Origin: an uncultured Flavobacteriales bacterium
GTDB lineage: Bacteria; Bacteroidota; Bacteroidia; Flavobacteriales_F; PHOS-HE28
Assembly: GCA_937873385.1 (NCBI GenBank)
Contig: CALMYC010000148.1
Location: forward strand, 1 to 53,292
DNA length: 53,292 bases
Direction of reading: 5' to 3'
The translations under genes were made by a program, and so were the position numbers. Position 1 is the stretch's first letter. Each line of letters begins with the position of its first letter. Positions 47,232 through 53,292 of the stretch are shown one piece after another. The notes beneath the pieces were generated by a model. That model saw only the letters and a program-made list of their open reading frames with translations, made no database searches and was not told where the DNA came from.

Positions 47232-47816
47232 ATGCCCCAACTCCTCCTCTGCACCGGCAATCCCGGCAAGCTCACCGAACTGCGCGCCATGCTGCCACAC
47301 CACCTGGAACTGCTCGGCCTGCGCGATGTCGGCCTGCCCACCGACCTCCCCGAAACCGGGAACACTTTCGCGGCGAATGCCCTGGAAAAAGCCCGTTTTG
47401 CGCACGAACGTACCGGCCTGCCGTGCATCGCTGATGATTCCGGCTTGGAGGTGGATGCGTTAGGCGGTGCGCCGGGCGTGTTTTCCGCCCGCTATGCCGG
47501 GCCGCAGAAGAACGATCAGGCCAACATGGCCAAGCTGCTGCGCGAATTGGAGGCCATTGCGGACCGAAGAGCGCGCTTTCGCACGGTGATCGCCTTGGTG
47601 GAGGATGGCGGTGAGCATCTCTTCGAGGGCGAGGTGCGCGGCACCATCACCACGGAACCGCGCGGGACCAACGGCTTCGGCTACGATCCGGTGTTCCTGC
47701 CGGAAATGAGCGACCTCACCTTCGCGGAGCTGGATGCCGTCCGCAAGAATGCGATCAGCCACCGCGGGCATGCGGTATGGAAGTTGGTGCGCTTTTTGGG
47801 CGAGCGTCAAGGGTAG
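47232..47816 (+). CDS. rdgB: Non-canonical purine NTP pyrophosphatase (RdgB/HAM1 family)
   Basis: LLLCTGNPGKLTEL, ADDSGLEVDALGGAPGVFSARYAG, GFGYDPVF, ISHRG. Confidence 0.9.
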   Translation: MPQLLLCTGNPGKLTELRAMLPHHLELLGLRDVGLPTDLPETGNTFAANALEKARFAHERTGLPCIADDSGLEVDALGGAPGVFSARYAGPQKNDQANMAKLLRELEAIADRRARFRTVIALVEDGGEHLFEGEVRGTITTEPRGTNGFGYDPVFLPEMSDLTFAELDAVRKNAISHRGHAVWKLVRFLGERQG

Positions 47817-48805
47817 AGCATTCCATTCACAGCGCCGTTCACGGCCTCTTCCACCGAGATCCCCGCCGCCTTCAGCATGCGTGGGAAGATGCTCACCGGG
47901 GTAAATCCCGGCACCGTGTTCACTTCGATGGTCTTCACCTCCTTGCCATCGCCTTGGCCTTCCAGCCAGAAGTGGTCGATGCGGACCAGGCCGTTGCAGT
48001 TCAAGGCTTGGTAGATGGCTGCGGAGCGCTGCTGCACGAGGATGGCGACATCGGCGGGAATGGGGGCGGGGACGATCTCCTCCGTATCGGCGGCGTGGTA
48101 CTTGGCGTTGTAGTCGAAGAACTCATGGCTGGTACGGATCTCGCACACGGGCAATGCTTGTATGTGGCCGTTGAGGTTGATCACGCCGCAGGTGAGTTCG
48201 CGCCCTTGGATGAAGGCTTCGCACATCACGATCTTGTCCTCGGCAAAGGCCTTGTCCAGCGCGGGGTCCAGTTCTTCGGCGGTTTTTACCTTGCTGATGC
48301 CCAAGCTGCTGCCGCTGGTGTCCGGCTTCACAAAGCAAGGCAGTCCGACTTCCCGGAGGATCCGTTGCTCCGTGCCTGCCTCGCGGCCGTGGAGGCGCAG
48401 TGAAGCGGCCACGGGAAAGCCCATCTGGCGCAGCAGCCCGGTGGTGCTGAACTTGCTCATGGTGAGTGCCATGTTCAGCACGCCGCCGGTCTGGTAGGGC
48501 ACGCCGAGCATGTCCAGGTAGCCTTGCAGCTTGCCGTCCTCACCGGGGGTGCCGTGGATGGCGATCAAGGCGGCGTCAAACCGTTCCAATCCATGGCCAC
48601 GGTCCGCGGTGAAGTTGCCGCGATCCAACGGGAGGATCGTTCCGTCGGTCCGTTCACAAGTCCACGTGTCGCGGGTAACGGTGACGAAAACCGGGTCAAA
48701 CCGCGCGCGGTCAATGGCATCCATTTTGGTCTGCGCGCTTTTTTGGCTGATGACGGATTCGCCGGTGTAACCACCGCGCAGGATGGCAATGAAGGGAAGT
48801 GGCAT
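47807..48805 (-). CDS. ddl: D-alanine--D-alanine ligase
   Basis: Start at ATG 48805 (MPLPFIAILRGGYTGESVIS). HGTPGEDGKLQGYLDMLGVPY, CFVKPDTSGSSLGISKV, EVNTVPG. Confidence 0.9.
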   Translation of the reverse strand: MPLPFIAILRGGYTGESVISQKSAQTKMDAIDRARFDPVFVTVTRDTWTCERTDGTILPLDRGNFTADRGHGLERFDAALIAIHGTPGEDGKLQGYLDMLGVPYQTGGVLNMALTMSKFSTTGLLRQMGFPVAASLRLHGREAGTEQRILREVGLPCFVKPDTSGSSLGISKVKTAEELDPALDKAFAEDKIVMCEAFIQGRELTCGVINLNGHIQALPVCEIRTSHEFFDYNAKYHAADTEEIVPAPIPADVAILVQQRSAAIYQALNCNGLVRIDHFWLEGQGDGKEVKTIEVNTVPGFTPVSIFPRMLKAAGISVEEAVNGAVNGMLYP

Positions 48806-48951
48806 GGAGCGTGGTTGGAAGCACAAAAGTTGAGGCGGAGGCCCCACCGCCGGGGCACGGCCTGCCGGAAACACCAACCGGGCCATGTTGATGCCACTTG
48901 GGGCGCGCCTATATTCGCGCCTGCCTGGAAAAGGGCCGCCCCAAGCGGGCA

Positions 48952-49740
48952 ATGGCGCCAAATTCCCCAATGACGACCGGAAAACGCTTGTTTTGGATCA
49001 TCGCCCCGGTGGTGCTTGCCGCGATGTTGCTGGGCAGTGCCTGGCTATGGCTTGCCGGCTATACGCGGCATGGGCAAACCGAGAAGGTGCCCGATCTTCG
49101 TGCACTGTCCATGGAAGAAGCTTCGGCCACCTTGTTGAAGCTGGGGTTGAAGGCCGAGGTGATCGATTCAGTGTACAATGATGAAGCCCCGAAAGGCACG
49201 GTGGTCAGCCAGGACCCCGACAGCGGCAAGTTCGTAAAGCGCGACCGCACGGTGTACCTGGTGATGAACGCCGTCCAGCCGAAGATGCTGAACATGCCCA
49301 ACCTGGTGAACTTGAGCAAGCGCCAGGCGATCAGTGTACTGGACATCATCGGCTTGAAGGTGGCGGGCATGGAGTACCGGCCTGACCCCTGCATGGATTG
49401 TGTTGTGGCACAGTTGTACCAAGGCGCACCCATCGCCGCTGATGAGCGGATCCGCAAAGGGGAGGCCATTACCCTGGTGCTGGGTAAAGGCCAGCAAGGT
49501 GAGCAAGTGCCTGTTCCGGACGTGATGGGCATGGGCTTCGCCGAGATGAAGGCCGTGCTGGACTTGGCCTCATTGAACCTGGGCCTGGTGGTGGAGGTGA
49601 AAGGCTGCAATACCGGTTGTGATACCGCGTTGGCCAAGGTGGTGCGCCAATCGCCCAGCCCGGGACCTGATGTGTTGATCAGCCCCGGCGGGCTCGTGGA
49701 CGTTTGGCTCACCTTGGACACCACTACCGTTACACCATGA
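48952..49740 (+). CDS. Stand-alone PASTA-domain membrane protein (3 PASTA repeats)
   Basis: One TM segment (LFWIIAPVVLAAMLLGSAWLWLA), then three repeats of about 65 aa beginning VPDLRALS, MPNLVNLS and VPDVMGMG. The start could be ATG 48952 or 48970. Confidence 0.75.
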   Translation: MAPNSPMTTGKRLFWIIAPVVLAAMLLGSAWLWLAGYTRHGQTEKVPDLRALSMEEASATLLKLGLKAEVIDSVYNDEAPKGTVVSQDPDSGKFVKRDRTVYLVMNAVQPKMLNMPNLVNLSKRQAISVLDIIGLKVAGMEYRPDPCMDCVVAQLYQGAPIAADERIRKGEAITLVLGKGQQGEQVPVPDVMGMGFAEMKAVLDLASLNLGLVVEVKGCNTGCDTALAKVVRQSPSPGPDVLISPGGLVDVWLTLDTTTVTP

Positions 49741-52025
49741 CCTACTTGGTACGCACGCTGGCCCGGGCCGCGCGCCTTTTTTCGGCCGTTCTGACGGTTG
49801 TTGCCGCTACAACTGCAGTGGCCCAGGAAATTGTAACACCGGTGCATGCCGTTCCCCGGCCGGGCAATGAGGCGCCGATGATGAAGGCAGCCGGGCTGAA
49901 CACGGTGTTCCTCTACACCAACGACACCCAAACGCTGCCGGTGGTGGATGATTTTTCCGTGGACCGCACCCGCCACCTGAACGCAACGGCGAACGATGCC
50001 AACGTCAGCTTGACGGAAACCATTTACAAGATCGAGATTGGCGGCGCCAGCACGCCGTCCATGGCCTTTGTAACGGACACCAGCTTCCACTACACCGTGG
50101 ACACGCAGAATGACACCTTGATCGTTACCCGGGCCGCCAACCCGGCCATTGTCGCCATCGTGCGCGACCTTTCCGTATATCCGGTAACGCAGCAAAGCAT
50201 GTATCTGTGGCCCCCTTATTCGATCTTCGATACCGTGGGAACGAACACACCGGACACCCTGGCCCTGGATGCCACGCTGAGGCAGGATTCCCTGCTGGTG
50301 TACAGCGTGGCCGCCGATCCGCGCACGTACACCAACCCGGACAACAGCCTGCGCCCGTGGATCCTGTGGGCCGATGATGATGCCTACATCAACGGCACCT
50401 TTCCGCTGAACCCGCCCACCATTGGCGTGGCCACCTTGGACGGCATGGACCGCACGGGATGGCCCTATGATCCGCTCAACCCCAATGTGAACGGACCGGC
50501 GGACAAGTTGACCTCCGTGCCCATCAACCTGGCGTACGCAGCATCTGACAGTGTGTACCTGAGCTTTTTCTGCGAGCCCATCGGGTTAAGCGGCGATCAA
50601 CTGGCACATGCCGAGGACAGCCTGCACCTGGATTTCCTGGCCCCGGATGAAAACCATTGGTATCCCATTTGGAGCACCCCGGGCGATGCCCCTCCCGACC
50701 AGTTCAGGCAGGTGATGATACCCGTGACGGACGGGCGGTTCCTCAAGCCCGACTTCCGGATGCGGTTCCGCAATGATGCCACCCTGGGCGGGGCGGTGGA
50801 CCAGTGGCACATTGACTATGTACGCTTGGACCGCAACCGCTCCGCCTCGGATACTGTGCTGAAGGACGTGGCCTTTGTGTATCCTGAAGCCGGCCTCCTC
50901 CAGACCTATGCTTCCGTGCCCTTTGCCAAGTTTGTGCAATCACCCGCCAGCTACATGGCGCAGCAAGTGGACCTGGAACAGCGCAACAACGACACACAGG
51001 ACAAGTTCATCACCTGGGGCTACGGCGTGGCCAGTGATTGCGGCTGGAGCGCCACGCGGGGCAGTTACGGCAACAACATCAGCAGCAATGCGTTCAGCAG
51101 TTTCAATAGCGTACACCCCGTGAACAGCGGCGCAAACCCATTGGTGTATGATGTCGGCGCATGCCCCGGTGCGGCCTACGTTACGGCCAAGTTCTGGACC
51201 AACGCCACGCCGGACGTATGCGCGTACAACGACACCATGGCGTACCGGCAGGAGATCAGCAACTACTACGCCTACGATGACGGGACGGCGGAAGCCGGGT
51301 ACAGCTTGAACGCCACGGGTGCCAAGCAGGCCTACCGCTTCGATACGCAGGGCACGGATTCACTGCGTGCCTTGCGCATGTACTTCGACCCCATCTTCAC
51401 CTATGACCCGCCGCCGGTGAACAATCCGCCGAACGGCTCCTTCATCATTACCGTGTGGAGCAGCCTCACCCCGGAAACGATCGTGTTCCAGAACATCTCT
51501 TTCAGTACACCGCAATACCACACTTGGGGACCGGACCATTATGTGGAGTATCCACTGGACAGCACGGTCGTGGTGAACGGGTCATTTTACGTGGGTTGGG
51601 TGCAGACCAATGATACGCGGATGCAACTGGGCCTGGACAAAAACCGGGACAACCACGACAAAATGTTCTACAAGGTGGGTGCCAGTTGGCAGCAGTCGCA
51701 ACAGCATGGTTCCTGGATGATCAGGCCCGTGATGAAAGCCGCGGTGGACCCATACATCGGCATTGTTGAACAGGTGGCACAGGAAGAGACCATGCAGATC
51801 TGGCCCAACCCCGCCAACGATGCGCTCCACATTTCGTGGATGCCCGGCCTGTCACCCGCCATGGTGGAGTTGATCGACCCCACGGGACGTGCAGTTGGGC
51901 GCTGGGACCTCAAGCAGCAGGTCATCCCGGTATCCGCCTTTGCACCGGGCATGTACATCGTGCGGCTGCTGGGCCCGAGCGGAGAACCCTTGGGGCAAAG
52001 CCGATTGATCGTGCAAGGCAGATGA
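49737..52025 (+). CDS. Secreted protein of unknown function with a T9SS type-A C-terminal sorting domain
   Basis: ATG 49737 (ATGA overlap with the PASTA gene). Signal peptide LFSAVLTVVAATTAVAQ. An internal DQWHIDYVRLD jelly-roll-like motif. C-terminus MQIWPNPANDALHI...GMYIVRLL...SRLIVQ. Confidence 0.7.
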   Translation: MTYLVRTLARAARLFSAVLTVVAATTAVAQEIVTPVHAVPRPGNEAPMMKAAGLNTVFLYTNDTQTLPVVDDFSVDRTRHLNATANDANVSLTETIYKIEIGGASTPSMAFVTDTSFHYTVDTQNDTLIVTRAANPAIVAIVRDLSVYPVTQQSMYLWPPYSIFDTVGTNTPDTLALDATLRQDSLLVYSVAADPRTYTNPDNSLRPWILWADDDAYINGTFPLNPPTIGVATLDGMDRTGWPYDPLNPNVNGPADKLTSVPINLAYAASDSVYLSFFCEPIGLSGDQLAHAEDSLHLDFLAPDENHWYPIWSTPGDAPPDQFRQVMIPVTDGRFLKPDFRMRFRNDATLGGAVDQWHIDYVRLDRNRSASDTVLKDVAFVYPEAGLLQTYASVPFAKFVQSPASYMAQQVDLEQRNNDTQDKFITWGYGVASDCGWSATRGSYGNNISSNAFSSFNSVHPVNSGANPLVYDVGACPGAAYVTAKFWTNATPDVCAYNDTMAYRQEISNYYAYDDGTAEAGYSLNATGAKQAYRFDTQGTDSLRALRMYFDPIFTYDPPPVNNPPNGSFIITVWSSLTPETIVFQNISFSTPQYHTWGPDHYVEYPLDSTVVVNGSFYVGWVQTNDTRMQLGLDKNRDNHDKMFYKVGASWQQSQQHGSWMIRPVMKAAVDPYIGIVEQVAQEETMQIWPNPANDALHISWMPGLSPAMVELIDPTGRAVGRWDLKQQVIPVSAFAPGMYIVRLLGPSGEPLGQSRLIVQGR

Positions 52026-53128
52026 ACAACGAGGACGAACTTTCCGGGGAAGGAACATTGGAGGGCGGGGAAGAGCAGGAATTGTTCGAACACCACCGCA
52101 TCGTGGCGGACCCGCGCCAGGGCTTGTTGCGCCTGGACAAATTCCTGCAGGACCGCATTGCAGGCGCTTCACGCACGCGCATAGCCGCCGCTGCGCGCAA
52201 TGGCAACGTGCTGGTGAACGGCAAGGCCGAGAAGCCCAGTTACAAGGTGAAGCCGAAGGACGTGGTAAGCTTGGTGCTGCCGCATCCGGTGCGGGAAGTG
52301 GAACTGGCCCCGGAGGACATTCCGATCGAAGTGCTGTATGAGGACGACCAGATCCTGGTGTTGAACAAGCAGCCGGGCTTGGTGGTGCATCCCGGCCATG
52401 GCAATTGGACGGGCACCTTGGTGAACGGCCTGCTCTTTCATTTCGGCAAACTGCCCTCTTCGCCGAACCAGCCTGTGCCACGCCCGGGACTTGTCCACCG
52501 GTTGGACAAGGACACTAGCGGGGTAATGGTGGTGGGCAAGACCGAGGATGCCATGGCCCACTTGGCCAAGCAGTTCTTTGAGCGCACCAATGACCGCCGC
52601 TACCGCGCCCTTGTGTGGGGTGATTTCAGTGAAGACCACGGCACCATTGAGGGCAACCTGGGCCGCTCCTTGAAGGACCGCACCGTGATGCAGGTGTTCG
52701 CGGACCCGGAGGTGGGGAAAACGGCTATCACCCATTGGAAAGTGGTGGAGCGCTTTACGTATGTCACCCTCGTTGAATGCAAGCTGGAAACAGGCCGTAC
52801 GCACCAGATCCGTGCACACATGAAGCACATCGGCCACCCGTTGTTCAATGATGCGCAGTACGGCGGCGACCGCATCCTCAAGGGAACGGTCTTCACCAAG
52901 TACAAGCGCTTTGTGGAGAACTGCTTTGCGCTGCTGCCCCGCCAGGCGCTGCATGCCTGCATGCTGGAGATCGACCATCCCGCCACGGGCAAGCGCATGA
53001 AGTTTGAAAGCCCGCTGCCGCAGGACATGGAAGCCGTGCTGGCGAAGTGGCGCGTGTACACCTCAGCGCGGCCGTTGGAAGATCCGGGAGAGGCTTTTGA
53101 CGCGGAGGAAGCGAACAACTTGAAGTAG
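52022..53128 (+). CDS. rluD: RluA-family 23S rRNA pseudouridine synthase (RluD-like) with an N-terminal S4 domain
   Basis: ATG 52022 (ATGA overlap with the upstream gene). LRLDKFL (S4), HRLDKDTSGVMVV, TGRTHQIRAH. Confidence 0.85.
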   Translation: MNNEDELSGEGTLEGGEEQELFEHHRIVADPRQGLLRLDKFLQDRIAGASRTRIAAAARNGNVLVNGKAEKPSYKVKPKDVVSLVLPHPVREVELAPEDIPIEVLYEDDQILVLNKQPGLVVHPGHGNWTGTLVNGLLFHFGKLPSSPNQPVPRPGLVHRLDKDTSGVMVVGKTEDAMAHLAKQFFERTNDRRYRALVWGDFSEDHGTIEGNLGRSLKDRTVMQVFADPEVGKTAITHWKVVERFTYVTLVECKLETGRTHQIRAHMKHIGHPLFNDAQYGGDRILKGTVFTKYKRFVENCFALLPRQALHACMLEIDHPATGKRMKFESPLPQDMEAVLAKWRVYTSARPLEDPGEAFDAEEANNLK

Positions 53129-53167
53129 TTGAATGGACGTGGTTCGTCGTTCGTGGCGGAGCGTGGA
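53096..53167. repeat. Direct repeat, copy 1 (72 bp), spanning the rluD stop codon
   Basis: tttgacgcggaggaagcga-[acaacttgaagtagt]-tgaatggacgtggttcgt-[cgttcgt]-ggcggagcgtgga. The bracketed segments are absent from copy 2. Confidence 0.85.
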
Positions 53168-53242
53168 CCAAGCAACTGCCGTACGACCTCTTGGAACTGG
53201 GTTCCACACCCTTCGCCCTGCGAACCACGAACTATCCTAGCG

Positions 53243-53292
53243 TTTGACGCGGAGGAAGCGATGAATGGACGTGGTTCGTGGCGGAGCGTGGA
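53243..53292. repeat. Direct repeat, copy 2 (50 bp), ending at the window edge
   Basis: tttgacgcggaggaagcga-tgaatggacgtggttcgt-ggcggagcgtgga. Identical to copy 1 except for the 15-bp and 7-bp gaps. Confidence 0.85.

Noticed and set aside
47807-47816. 10-nt overlap of the convergent 3' ends of rdgB and ddl
   Set aside because: Short convergent overlaps are common in compact genomes. No structure or additional signal was seen.
53130-53292. Possibility that the terminal repeats are the start of a CRISPR array
   Set aside because: Only two copies are present, they are about 132 bp apart, they are not palindromic repeats of uniform size, no cas genes are present, and copy 1 overlaps the rluD 3' end.

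Overview
High-GC (about 60%) chromosomal segment that looks like Bacteroidota: it has T9SS type-A and type-B C-terminal sorting domains, TAnnTTTG promoter boxes, and DUF4834, DUF4783 and YfhO families. I support about 42 protein genes and found no rRNA, tRNA, CRISPR array, transposase or integrase. Housekeeping genes sit at the edges and in the middle: msrA, a DEAD-box helicase, nadC, rlmH, rdgB, ddl, a PASTA protein and rluD. Roughly 35 kb is cell-surface glycan machinery in three blocks. (i) 7.5-15.2 kb holds YfhO, a GT4, a Wzx-like flippase, a GT-B-like protein and a NeuD/PglD acetyltransferase. (ii) 18.5-25.4 kb is a seven-gene, translationally coupled nucleotide-sugar operon that starts from phosphoheptose isomerase and a domain-swapped HldE-like enzyme, and adds two SDRs, a DegT aminotransferase and two methyltransferases. 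(iii) 31.5-47.0 kb holds a GtrB-like GT2, an ArnT/PMT_2-like GT-C, a Wzy-like membrane protein, GT4s and a GT2, a second Wzx, a nonsense-interrupted GT, an FkbM methyltransferase, an N-terminally extended N-acetyl-sugar amidotransferase and further methyltransferases. Other items worth a second look: an overlapping HipA-like kinase/DUF3037 cassette, an M1 peptidase fused to an Omp85-like beta-barrel, a strongly low-GC island (14.2-18.5 kb) carrying a 1066-aa PKD/T9SS adhesin that splits glycan blocks (i) and (ii), a multicopper oxidase lacking two canonical copper-ligand histidines, homopolymer tracts at the 5' ends of or inside glycan genes, and a degenerate direct repeat at the right window edge. 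The many long ORFs antisense to these genes are treated as high-GC artefacts. All functional calls come from reading motifs by eye; no database search was possible.
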